Source: Streptosporangiaceae bacterium
GTDB lineage: Bacteria > Actinomycetota > Actinomycetes > Streptosporangiales > Streptosporangiaceae
DNA length: 51,033 bases
NCBI GenBank assembly: GCA_035483035.1
Contig: DATHQE010000268.1
Coordinates: 1 to 51,033, forward strand
Direction of reading: 5' to 3'
This document shows, one piece after another, positions 25,405 to 34,070 of the stretch. How positions within the stretch are numbered: the stretch's first letter is position 1; each line of letters begins with the position of its first letter. A program made the position numbers and the translations under genes. The notes beneath the pieces are model-generated. The model did not search any database, was not told the origin of the DNA, and saw only the letters and a program-made list of their open reading frames with translations.

Positions 25405-27554
25405 CCTGACGGATGCCAGAGCGGATCGGCGGCCCGCACGACTGGCTCGCCGCGCAACAGGACTTGCGCATCGACCTGAGTGGCGCAGCCAGGGCAGTAC
25501 AGCCGGTGCAGCTGGAAACGCTCGCCACCCGGGTAGCCGGCCGACCAGGGCGCTACGGACCGCGTCGGCACCGCGTCGTCGATCAGTCGGGCGTACGCGT
25601 CACCGCCCGGCGGCGCCAGCAGCGTGCCGCAGGTCCGGCACTCCAGGCTCCCGTCAGCGCGAATCGCCAGGGCCGCGCTGAACCGCGAGCCGGTTCCGCC
25701 GTCGCGGGGCACCGGGACCCGGCCGCCTAGGCGCCGTCGGCGCCGCTGCTCGCGCAGTCGCGTGGTAGCCGCGACGTCGAGCACCCAGCCGACCCCGGCA
25801 TCCCCGGTGAGGACGGTGCCGTAGTCCAGCGCCGCCCGCCGCGGGCTCACCCGGCCGAGCTGTACGTCCCGCGTGACAGCGTGCGGGTCGCGCTCAAGCG
25901 GATCACCATGACCACCGCCGCCCTGGCTCACCGCCACATGCGCCTGACCGGTGGCGACCGCGGAGCGCCGGGTCGGCAGTTCCAGCTCGGCCCCCTCAGT
26001 AAGGCCATCGGCCAGCTGCAGCGCGGCGGCGCGGTCAGCGATGGCGTAGATGCTCTGGCGGCCCGGCTCGCCCCCGGCCAGTCCAGCGGCGGCAGGGTGC
26101 TGCAGCCCCTGTGCGAACGACAGCACGGCGACTGGTCCGTCCGCCGCATGGGGGGCGATGACGTTCACGCAGCCGAGGCCGCCGCGATATCGGCCCGGGC
26201 CGCCAGAGTCGGCCAGCTCGGAGCGCCGCAGGTACAGCAGCGGCAGATAGCTCTCATTGACCTCGACGTCGGCGCATGAGGCGCCTGGCGAGGTGGTCGT
26301 GCCCGAACTGCTGAGCCCGTCGTGCTCGCCGCTGGCCCCGCCGCCGCCGGCCAGCTCGTCTAGCGTCATGGCGGCGAACGCCTCGCCGTCCGTGCCTAGC
26401 CCGGCGAATACCCCGCCGCCGCCGCCCGACGAACAGCAGCTGGCCAGTGCGGTGCGGGCCAGCACCGGGTCGGATTCGAGCATCCTGGACACGCACGCGT
26501 TCACCGCGACCCGGATCGCCTGGCAGGACGAGGCCGTGCTCATCGCGACACCGCCGGGCCACCGGGCGTGGGCGATGGTGCCCTCCCGGCTGGTGATCGT
26601 GCAGACGGCCATGATCGCGCCGGGCACCCACGGCAGGTCGCCGCACAGGTAGATCATGACGGCGGCGACAGCGAAATTGACCAGAGCCGGGTAGGCGGCG
26701 TTGATCGCGCCGGGTGCCTGGTCCGAGCTCGCTGAGAAGTCGAGGTCCAGGCTGTCGCCCACCTTGGTGACGGTGAGCCGGACCGCGTAGACGTCGCTGT
26801 CATCGGGCTGCGGCGTTCCCCGCTCCAGGTAGCTGACATGACGCCAGCGGCCATCGGGAAGCGCGGCCAGTCGTGCCCGCAGCCGCTGTTCGGCGGCGAC
26901 GATCAGGCTGTCCATCACCTGCGTGACCGTTTCCGTGCCGTACTTCTCGCACAGCGCCTGCACAGCCGCGACGGTGCCGCGATTGGCGGCCAGCTGGCCG
27001 CGCAGGTCGAGCTCGTTCAGCTCAGGCGTCCGCGAGCGGCGCAGGAAGTCGCGCTGGACATCTCGCTGGACCCGGCCGCCGGCGACGATCTTGATCGGCG
27101 GCAGGGGAGTGGGCTCGTCGAAGATCGACCCGGCCTCGAAGGTCATGCCGCCCGCCGACGGGCCACCCACGTCGAACTGGTGGACGCTGGACCCGCACCA
27201 GGCGACGAGCTGGCCGCCGTGGAAGACCGGTGCCACGACGACGACGTCTGGCTGATGCAGGGTCCCCACGTACGGGTCATTCGTCAGGAACTGGTCGCCA
27301 GGTCCGATGCCCGGGCTGTCGCGATACTCCCGCATGATGTCGGTGGTGACCAGGTTCATCGAAGCGAGCTGGCAAAGGACGTAGTAGCCGCAGGCGACCA
27401 CAGTGCCGTCGGCGGTCGTGATCGCGGTATTCAGGTCGTTAGCCTCGACCGCTACGGGCGAGCCTGACACCTGCCGCAAGGTGATCGCTGCTTCCTCGTT
27501 GATGCTGTCGAGGCGGTGCCGGATGATCTCAAGTCTGATCGGGTCGACAGGCAT
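25401..27554 (-). CDS. Hydantoinase B/oxoprolinase-family subunit fused to a C-terminal four-Cys domain resembling acetone carboxylase gamma
   Basis: ORF 25401-27593, with ATG 27554 (MPVDPIRLEIIRHRL) preferred and GGAG upstream. The body is HyuB-like. The last ~80 aa contain CRTC-x44-CPGC with FQLHRLYCPGCATQVD, resembling the Zn-binding gamma subunit of acetone carboxylases (from memory of that family). Confidence 0.85.
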   Translation of the reverse strand: MPVDPIRLEIIRHRLDSINEEAAITLRQVSGSPVAVEANDLNTAITTADGTVVACGYYVLCQLASMNLVTTDIMREYRDSPGIGPGDQFLTNDPYVGTLHQPDVVVVAPVFHGGQLVAWCGSSVHQFDVGGPSAGGMTFEAGSIFDEPTPLPPIKIVAGGRVQRDVQRDFLRRSRTPELNELDLRGQLAANRGTVAAVQALCEKYGTETVTQVMDSLIVAAEQRLRARLAALPDGRWRHVSYLERGTPQPDDSDVYAVRLTVTKVGDSLDLDFSASSDQAPGAINAAYPALVNFAVAAVMIYLCGDLPWVPGAIMAVCTITSREGTIAHARWPGGVAMSTASSCQAIRVAVNACVSRMLESDPVLARTALASCCSSGGGGGVFAGLGTDGEAFAAMTLDELAGGGGASGEHDGLSSSGTTTSPGASCADVEVNESYLPLLYLRRSELADSGGPGRYRGGLGCVNVIAPHAADGPVAVLSFAQGLQHPAAAGLAGGEPGRQSIYAIADRAAALQLADGLTEGAELELPTRRSAVATGQAHVAVSQGGGGHGDPLERDPHAVTRDVQLGRVSPRRAALDYGTVLTGDAGVGWVLDVAATTRLREQRRRRRLGGRVPVPRDGGTGSRFSAALAIRADGSLECRTCGTLLAPPGGDAYARLIDDAVPTRSVAPWSAGYPGGERFQLHRLYCPGCATQVDAQVLLRGEPVVRAADPLWHPSG

Positions 27555-27564
27555 ATGCGCTCCG

Positions 27565-29616
27565 CTAACTCCCGAGCTCGAGATGCAGCTCACCGGTCTG
27601 CCCGACGACGGCGGCCTGCCCTGGGCGGACGATCGCCGTCGTCGTCTCGGCTTCGATGAAGGCCGGCCCGGCCACGCGCTGGCCCGCGCCTAGATCCGCC
27701 CAGCGATAGACGCTGCAGCGCACGTCCCAGCCTTCGAACACCGCGGTCTTGTGCCGGGCGGGCCGGCCGGGGGCCGGCCCGCGGGAGGCGGTGGCCGGAA
27801 CTGCCGTTGGCAGCCAGGCGTCAACGGCGACCGACAGGACCTCGACGGGCGTCTCCTCGGGTGCCGTGCCAGGGCCGATCACCCGCTCGTATCGATCGCG
27901 GAAGCGCTCGATGAGGTCCCCGGCCGTCGCGGCCGCGGGAACCTCGACCTCGATGCGGTGCAGCTGGCGGTGGAAGCGCAGCCCGGCGCTGCGGGTGACG
28001 CGGATCTCCGCGTGCGGACCCGCGCCGTGCAGCTGACGGCGAACCTCGGGCTCAAGCTCGGCCAGAGCGGCCCGGACCTGGCTGAGCGCCTCGGCTAGCG
28101 GCTGCGGGCGCAGGTCCCGCTCGGCGCGCACGCGCAGGTCACCGCACAGTGCGCCGTACGCGGACAGGCCTGCTGCGAGCGCAGGGATAATCACGCCGCG
28201 GACGCCTAGCCCGGCGGCGAACCAGGCCGCGTACTGAGGCCCGGCGCCGCCGTAGGCCAGCAGCGCGAAGTCGGCCGGGTCATGGCCGCGCTGGATCGTT
28301 GCGCGGCGAACCAGGTCGCGCATCTGCTCGCAGGCGACCTGCACGATCCCGTCCGCCGCAGCTGTCACGCTGAGCCCGAGCGGCTCGGCGATCTCCCTGC
28401 GTATCGCGTCGGTAGCGGCGTCGCCGTCCAGCTGGAGGCTGCCGCCCAGCCGGTCAATATAGCCCAGCACGACGGCTGCGTCGGTCAGCGTCGGCCGGAT
28501 ACCGCCGAGTCCGTAGCAGGCCGGTCCCGGGCTGGCCGCGGCCGTCTGCGGCCCTACGCGCAGCGACCCGAGCGCGTCGTCGATCCAGGCTATGCTGCCG
28601 CCCCCGGTGCCAATCGACTCGATGTCGACCGCCCTTACCGCGAGCGGCAGTCGGCTGATCGTCGGCCGGCGGGCGTACTGAGGCTCGCCGTCGATGATCA
28701 GCCCGACGTCGAAGCTGGTGCCGCCGACGTCGGCGGCGATGACGCTGGCGAAGCCGGCCTGGGCGCACAGCCGGCGTGCGGCGGCGACACCGCCAGCCGG
28801 CCCGGACCGCAGCGTGTGGACCGGTTGCTGCCGGGCAGCCTGGGCCGGCTGGACTCCGCCGCCCATCCGCACCACGAGGAGCGTTCCGCCGAAGCCAAGC
28901 TCACGCAGCTGCTTTTCCAGCCGCTCCAGGTATGAGCTCACCAGTGGCGCAATGTAGGCATCGATGACCGCGGTGGTCATCCGCTCGTACTCACCGATCC
29001 GGGACGCAAGGCGGTTTGATGTCGTGACCGGCACACCGGGCGCGAGTTCTGCGACTAGCTCGCGGACTCGGTCCTCATGCACAGGATTGGCCGGCGACCA
29101 CAACAGGCAGACCGCCAGGGACCGCACCCCGCGGCGCAGCAGCCCGGCGATCGCTGCCCTGACCTGATCATCGTCCAGATCGGCCAGCACGGCGCCGGAA
29201 GCGTCGACGCGACCGGCGACGCCGACGATGTCACGCGGATCAACGAGAACGTCCGGCTTGGCCCATCGGGCTGGCGCCTGCCGGTCGGCAATCGGCAGAT
29301 CGTGGATCTTGTTCGACTTCGCGATGGACAGCGTCGATTCAAAGCCCTCGGTCGTGATCAGGCCGACCCGAGCGCCCGCGCCCGTCAGCACAGCGTTCAA
29401 GCCAACCGTCGTGCCATGCGCCAGGACGTCTGTGGTCGCGAGCAGCCCGGCGAGATCGGTGCCGACCATCGGTGCGGCCCGGCGCAACGCAGCCAGCACA
29501 CCGTCTTCGAGGTGGCCGGGAGTCGACAGCGCCTTGGCAACGGCCAGCTGTCCGCTGCCGGTGACCACGACGACGTCCGTGAACGTGCCGCCCGTGTCGA
29601 CGCCGATCAGTTGCAT
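27565..29616 (-). CDS. Hydantoinase A/oxoprolinase-family ATP-binding subunit
   Basis: 683 aa. N-terminal MQLIGVDTGGTFTDVVV ASKHA-fold phosphate motif and a second ADVGGTSFDVG motif. Confidence 0.9.
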   Translation of the reverse strand: MQLIGVDTGGTFTDVVVVTGSGQLAVAKALSTPGHLEDGVLAALRRAAPMVGTDLAGLLATTDVLAHGTTVGLNAVLTGAGARVGLITTEGFESTLSIAKSNKIHDLPIADRQAPARWAKPDVLVDPRDIVGVAGRVDASGAVLADLDDDQVRAAIAGLLRRGVRSLAVCLLWSPANPVHEDRVRELVAELAPGVPVTTSNRLASRIGEYERMTTAVIDAYIAPLVSSYLERLEKQLRELGFGGTLLVVRMGGGVQPAQAARQQPVHTLRSGPAGGVAAARRLCAQAGFASVIAADVGGTSFDVGLIIDGEPQYARRPTISRLPLAVRAVDIESIGTGGGSIAWIDDALGSLRVGPQTAAASPGPACYGLGGIRPTLTDAAVVLGYIDRLGGSLQLDGDAATDAIRREIAEPLGLSVTAAADGIVQVACEQMRDLVRRATIQRGHDPADFALLAYGGAGPQYAAWFAAGLGVRGVIIPALAAGLSAYGALCGDLRVRAERDLRPQPLAEALSQVRAALAELEPEVRRQLHGAGPHAEIRVTRSAGLRFHRQLHRIEVEVPAAATAGDLIERFRDRYERVIGPGTAPEETPVEVLSVAVDAWLPTAVPATASRGPAPGRPARHKTAVFEGWDVRCSVYRWADLGAGQRVAGPAFIEAETTTAIVRPGQAAVVGQTGELHLELGS

Positions 29617-29638
29617 GCCGCTGGTTTCGTGCAGGCGA

Positions 29639-30481
29639 TCACGGCTGAGCCCCGCCGTGCACCGGAATGGTCACGCCGGAGACATACGACGCGGCGTCTG
29701 AGCAGAGGAACTCGATCACCGCGGCGGTCTCGTCTGCGTCCTGAGCGCGGCCTAGCGGGATCTGACGGGCGGTCCACTCGGCGAACGAGATGCCCTGCCG
29801 CTCGGCCAGAGCGATAAGGCCGGGATTGGGGAACCGCTGGCTCGGGGCGACGCTGAGCGGGGCGACGGCATTGACCCGAATCTGGTCCGGGCCGAGTTCC
29901 TTAGCCAGGACGGACACCAGGTGATTCACGGCGACCCGGGCGGCGCCAAGAGCCCCGACGCCTGCCTTGGGGACGAGCGCGGCCTGCGAGGACAGCACCA
30001 CGATCGTGCCCGGCCGGCCCGCAGCCCGCATAGCCCGCGCCGCGGCTCGAACCAGCAGCCAGGGAGCTGTCAGGTTGAGTTCCAGGCCGCGGGCCCAGGC
30101 ATCCTCGGTCACGTCAAGCAGCGCACCGTCGCCAGCGTGCGGGCCGGTGATGCCGTTGAGCGCGCAGCACACGTCCAGGCGGCCGAAGCGGGCGGTCGTG
30201 GCATCGACGAGCTGCTGCCACGAACGCGAGTCGGCCTCGCGCTGCGGGAGCGCCAGCACGTGGCCGCCGCCGGGCCGGGCGGCCTGCTCGATCTCGGCCA
30301 CCACGTCGTCGAAGAGCGCTGGCGTGACCGTGCCAGTGTCTGCGGGCCGTGCCGCGAGCAGGTCCGCGCACGCCACCGTGAAGCCAGCGCGGGCCAGGCG
30401 CAGCGCCGTCGCCCGGCCGATGCCCGGCGGCCTGGCGACGCCTGAGACCAGCGCGACGCGGTTGACGGGCGCAGGGTGCAC
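29639..30481 (-). CDS. Atypical SDR-fold protein (catalytic Tyr-x3-Lys apparently replaced)
   Basis: GTG start with GGAGG 5 nt upstream. The Rossmann-like motif is VALVSGVARPPGIGRAT. Where YxxxK is expected after LSSQAAL the sequence reads GALGAARVAV (Leu and Arg by manual alignment). Confidence 0.8.
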   Translation of the reverse strand: MHPAPVNRVALVSGVARPPGIGRATALRLARAGFTVACADLLAARPADTGTVTPALFDDVVAEIEQAARPGGGHVLALPQREADSRSWQQLVDATTARFGRLDVCCALNGITGPHAGDGALLDVTEDAWARGLELNLTAPWLLVRAAARAMRAAGRPGTIVVLSSQAALVPKAGVGALGAARVAVNHLVSVLAKELGPDQIRVNAVAPLSVAPSQRFPNPGLIALAERQGISFAEWTARQIPLGRAQDADETAAVIEFLCSDAASYVSGVTIPVHGGAQP

Positions 30482-30526
30482 GGTACCTCCGGCCGCTCGC
30501 GACGAGCGCTACCTGGACGAGTAAAG

Positions 30527-30545
30527 ATCTGATTGACCGTCAGAA
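30527..30545. promoter_or_regulatory. Fourth copy of the TCTGA-N7-TCAGA operator (ATCTGAttgaccgTCAGAA)
   Basis: Lies in the 132-nt divergent region between the SDR start (30481) and the ligase start (30614), 11 nt upstream of a TAGGCT -10-like hexamer (30557-30562). Confidence 0.6.
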
Positions 30546-30583
30546 AGTAGCGCCGTTAGGCTCTGCGATCAAGGCCACGGGTG

Positions 30584-30597
30584 ACCAAGCGCTTGGC
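30584..30597. promoter_or_regulatory. KstR2-type operator box 8: ACCAAGCGCTTGGC
   Basis: Perfect CAAGCGCTTG core, 3 nt upstream of the GGAGGA Shine-Dalgarno (30601-30606) of the ligase gene. Confidence 0.7.
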
Positions 30598-30613
30598 CGG
30601 GGAGGATTTGCCG

Positions 30614-32743
30614 ATGACCGCAGTTGCCCATCCCGGCTCAGGAGCGGCCCTCGCCGATGCCCCTGACCTGCACAGATTCTTCCATCCGCGCAGCGTCGCT
30701 GTCATTGGCGCGACCGACAAGCAGGGCAGTCCCGGGACCATCAACTGGAGACTGATCCACCGCTGGGCACAGCGGGCCGGCGCGGAGATCTACCCGGTCA
30801 ACCCGAACCGGCCCACCGTGGACGGCGTCCGCGCCTACCCGTCGCTCGCCGATGTCCCGGAAGTGCCGGACGTGGCAGTCGTGATGGTCGGCGACGTCGT
30901 GGCAGCCCTGCGCGAAGTGGTCGCCAAGGGGGCTGGGTTCGTGGTGATCTTCGCCAGTGACTTCGCCGAGACAGGCGCAGAAGGCGCGGCCCGGCAGCGG
31001 GAGCTCGTGTCGATCATCGAGGGCACCGGCGTACGGCTGCTGGGCCCGAACACCAATCTGAACGCATTCGAGAACTTCCGCGCCGACCTGCCCGGGCCAG
31101 CGATCTCGATGATCACTCAAAGCGGACACCAGGGCCGACCGGTCTTCCAGGGTCAGGAGATCGGCATCCGGCTCAATCACTGGGCCCCGACCGGGAACGA
31201 AGCTGACCTCAGCTCGGCCGATTTCATCGACTACTTCTCCACCCTGCCAGAGACCGGGGCGATCGCTGCGTACCTGGAGGGCGTCACCGATGGCCCGGCG
31301 TTCCAGCGCGCGATCGCGGCGGCGGCAAGGCGCGCTGTCCCGGTCGTGGTGGTGAAAGTAGGCCGGACCGAAGTGGGCAGGTCATGGGCGCTGTCGCACA
31401 CCGGTCATCTGGCCGGGTCGGACGAGATCGTGTCTGCCGTGCTGCGTCAGTACGGCGTGATCCGGGTCGAGGGCCTCGACGAACTGCTGGACACTGCGAC
31501 CATGCTGGCCAGGTCCCGCCCGCCTGCCGTCGCCGGCGTGTGCGTCTACTCGATCTCGGGCGGAACCAGCGCCCACATGGCCGACATGCTCACGGCCGCC
31601 GGGGTCGCCCTGCCCGAGTTGGAAGAATCGACCAGGACGCAGCTTCGCGAGTGGATTCCCGGCTACCTGCGGATCAGCAACCCCATCGACAACGGCGGGC
31701 ACCCGGTCGGGGACTGGCGCGGTCGCAAGATCCTGGCTGCGCTGCTCGCTGACCCGAACGTCGGCGTCCTGGTCGTCCCCATCACGGGCGCCTTCAGCCC
31801 GATGAGCGACAAGTTCGTCGCCGACCTCGCCGCGGCCGCGGAGACCACCGACAAGCCCATCTGCGTGGTGTGGGGATCGCCGGTCGGCACCGAGGCCGCC
31901 TATTGCGAGGGACTGCTGTCATCGTCACGCATCGTCACCTTCCGCACTTTCCGCAACTGTGTCACAGCAGTGCGCGCTTACCTGGACTTCCACGCCTTCC
32001 AGCAGCGCGTCCACGAGCTCCCTGCCGAGCCGGCGCAGCAGCCCGGCCGAACAGCCGAAGCGACCCGGGCACTGACCGAGCCTGAGGCCAAGCGACTGCT
32101 GGCGCGCTACGGGATCCCGGTCACCCTGGACGTCCTCGCCAGCACAGCAGACGATGCCGTCGCTGCGGCGGCCGAGATCGGCCCGCCGGTGGTGCTGAAG
32201 GCGGTGTCGGCCGGGATTGCGCACAAGTCCGACCTCGGCCTGGTGCGAATCGGGGTGACCGCGCCGGACGACGTGCGCAGCACCTTTAGCGACTTCGAGG
32301 CCAGGGTGGCAGCGGTGCCCGGCGCCGAGTTCGACGGGGTTCTGGTCTGCGAGCAGGCCAGCGGCGGGGTCGAGATGGTGGTCGGCATCGCGAGGGACGA
32401 GGTGTTCGGCCCCGTGGTGATGGCCGGGATCGGCGGGGTCGCGGTCGAGGTGTACCGCGACGTGACCTTCCGGCTGCCGCCGTTCAGCCGGGCCGAGGCG
32501 CGCCGGATGATCGATGACCTGCGCGGGGCAGTGCTCCTGCTCGGCCATCGGGGTTCCCCGCCCGCGGACCTCGACGCTCTCGTCGACGTGATCATGAAAG
32601 TTCAGCAGATCGCCCTGGACGGCTCGGTCGGCGAGCTAGACATCAATCCGCTGCTCGTATCTGAGCACGGTGCTGTCGCGCTGGATGCGCTCGCTACCGT
32701 CATCGGTGCGGAAGCTATGAATGACGAGGCCACACATGACTGA
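30614..32743 (+). CDS. ADP-forming (NDP-forming) acyl-CoA synthetase, fused CoA-binding/succinyl-CoA-synthetase-like and ATP-grasp domains
   Basis: The ORF track starts at GTG 30581. ATG 30614 is preferred because of GGAGGA and because it leaves box 8 untranslated. FFHPRSVAVIGATDKQGSPG is a CoA-binding motif, GPNTNLNAF is present, and the C-terminal part (AKRLLARYGIPV...VLKAVSAGIAHKSDLGLV) is ATP-grasp. Confidence 0.85.
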   Translation: MTAVAHPGSGAALADAPDLHRFFHPRSVAVIGATDKQGSPGTINWRLIHRWAQRAGAEIYPVNPNRPTVDGVRAYPSLADVPEVPDVAVVMVGDVVAALREVVAKGAGFVVIFASDFAETGAEGAARQRELVSIIEGTGVRLLGPNTNLNAFENFRADLPGPAISMITQSGHQGRPVFQGQEIGIRLNHWAPTGNEADLSSADFIDYFSTLPETGAIAAYLEGVTDGPAFQRAIAAAARRAVPVVVVKVGRTEVGRSWALSHTGHLAGSDEIVSAVLRQYGVIRVEGLDELLDTATMLARSRPPAVAGVCVYSISGGTSAHMADMLTAAGVALPELEESTRTQLREWIPGYLRISNPIDNGGHPVGDWRGRKILAALLADPNVGVLVVPITGAFSPMSDKFVADLAAAAETTDKPICVVWGSPVGTEAAYCEGLLSSSRIVTFRTFRNCVTAVRAYLDFHAFQQRVHELPAEPAQQPGRTAEATRALTEPEAKRLLARYGIPVTLDVLASTADDAVAAAAEIGPPVVLKAVSAGIAHKSDLGLVRIGVTAPDDVRSTFSDFEARVAAVPGAEFDGVLVCEQASGGVEMVVGIARDEVFGPVVMAGIGGVAVEVYRDVTFRLPPFSRAEARRMIDDLRGAVLLLGHRGSPPADLDALVDVIMKVQQIALDGSVGELDINPLLVSEHGAVALDALATVIGAEAMNDEATHD

Positions 32744-34022
32744 GCCAGCACCGCTGCTGTCGGGTGTCCGGGTGCTTGAGGCATCGCTGCTGGAGCCAGC
32801 GGCCCTCGGCATGATCCTCGCCGATCTCGGCGCTGACGTGATCAAGGTGGAGCCACCTGGCGGGGACTACGTGCGCACCATGGCCTGGCCGATCATCGAG
32901 GGTGTCTCGCTGCTGCACTGGCACGTGAATCGCGGCAAGCGCAGCGTCGAGCTAGACCTGCGCACGGAGGCCGGTGTCTCGGTGTTCCTGGACCTGGCCG
33001 CGCAGAGCGACATCGTGATCGAGGCCATGCGACCGGGCGCGCTCGCCCGGCGCGGCATCACCGTCGAGCGGCTGCGCGAGCGGCGGCCGGATCTGGTGAT
33101 CTGCAACGTCTCCGGCTGGGGCAGCACCGGTCCGTACCGCAATATCCCGTCACACGGCATCGGGTTCGACGTGTGGGCTGGACTCGCGGAGCCGGCTACC
33201 GACGACGAGGGGTTCGCCTACATGCCGGACCACACCACCGTCGGCGTGCGGGTGACGCCGGTGTGGGGCGCGCTCGCCGTCTGTGCTGCGCTGCTGCGGG
33301 CCCGCGCGACCGGAGTTGGCGCCCAGATCGACCTGGCGCAAAGCGATGTGGCAGCGATCACGAACTGGTTCCGGATCGAGGGAGCACGCGCTTACGAGCG
33401 TCCGGAGGAAGAAGTGACTGGCAACCCCGCCGACGGGGGACAGCGGCGTGATCCGGGCATCACCGGCATGCTGGGGTCGGTGCGCTACCAGTACTACCGG
33501 ACCAGCGACGGCTACATTCTGCTGATGGCGTCCGAGCGGGAGTTCTGGCAGAACTTCTGCGCTGCCGTGAACCGCATGGACCTGTTCGAGGGGCGAACCG
33601 GCAGCAGGTACGCCGACCACGCCCGCGGCGACCGGGTGCTACAGCGAGAATTGCAGCAGCTGTTCGTGACCCGGACCACGGCGGAGTGGGTGGCACTGGG
33701 CAATTCGGCCAACTGCCCGATTGCCAAAGTGAACGACGCCACCTCAATCACTGCCGACCCGGCATTCGCGGAGCGGCTGCCGTGGCTGCCTGCCGCCGAG
33801 TTCGGCACCGACCTGATGCCGTCCCCGGTCGGCCTCATCGGCGAGCAACGGGTCGCCTCGCGGCGGGCGCCGCGGCCGGGCGAGCACACCGCCGAGGTGC
33901 TGCGTGAGGTGCTGGGCGTGACCGGCGAGCGGCTGGCAGAGCTGCGCGCGGCCGGCGCGGTGCCGGATACGCACCAGCCGGATGCGCACCAGCCGGAGAA
34001 GTCGCCCGGAGCGACGCAGTGA
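32736..34022 (+). CDS. Family III CoA-transferase (CaiB/BaiF family) with repeat-containing C-terminal tail
   Basis: ATG 32736 (ATGACTGA overlap) or ATG 32721. LLSGVRVLEASLLEPAALGMILADLGADVIKVEPPGG and EAMRPGALARRGI are present. The tail is PDTHQPDAHQPEKSP. Confidence 0.9.
   Translation: MTEPAPLLSGVRVLEASLLEPAALGMILADLGADVIKVEPPGGDYVRTMAWPIIEGVSLLHWHVNRGKRSVELDLRTEAGVSVFLDLAAQSDIVIEAMRPGALARRGITVERLRERRPDLVICNVSGWGSTGPYRNIPSHGIGFDVWAGLAEPATDDEGFAYMPDHTTVGVRVTPVWGALAVCAALLRARATGVGAQIDLAQSDVAAITNWFRIEGARAYERPEEEVTGNPADGGQRRDPGITGMLGSVRYQYYRTSDGYILLMASEREFWQNFCAAVNRMDLFEGRTGSRYADHARGDRVLQRELQQLFVTRTTAEWVALGNSANCPIAKVNDATSITADPAFAERLPWLPAAEFGTDLMPSPVGLIGEQRVASRRAPRPGEHTAEVLREVLGVTGERLAELRAAGAVPDTHQPDAHQPEKSPGATQ
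33969..33998 (+). repeat. 15-nt tandem repeat x2 (acGCACCAGCCGGAt / gcGCACCAGCCGGAg)
   Basis: Read directly. Encodes THQPD-AHQPE at the 3' end of the CoA-transferase gene. A partial third unit (CCGGAT) precedes it. Confidence 0.85.
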
Positions 34023-34070
34023 ACGAGAGCGATGCAGTGAACGAGAGCGACAGGGTGAACGAGAAGGTGT
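34017..34070 (+). repeat. 18-nt tandem repeat x3 spanning a stop/start junction (CAGTGAACGAGAGCGAnn)
   Basis: The units are cagtgaacgagagcgatg, cagtgaacgagagcgaca and gggtgaacgagaaggtgt. Each carries an in-frame GTG, and they encode VNESDA-VNESDR-VNEKVY. Confidence 0.85.
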
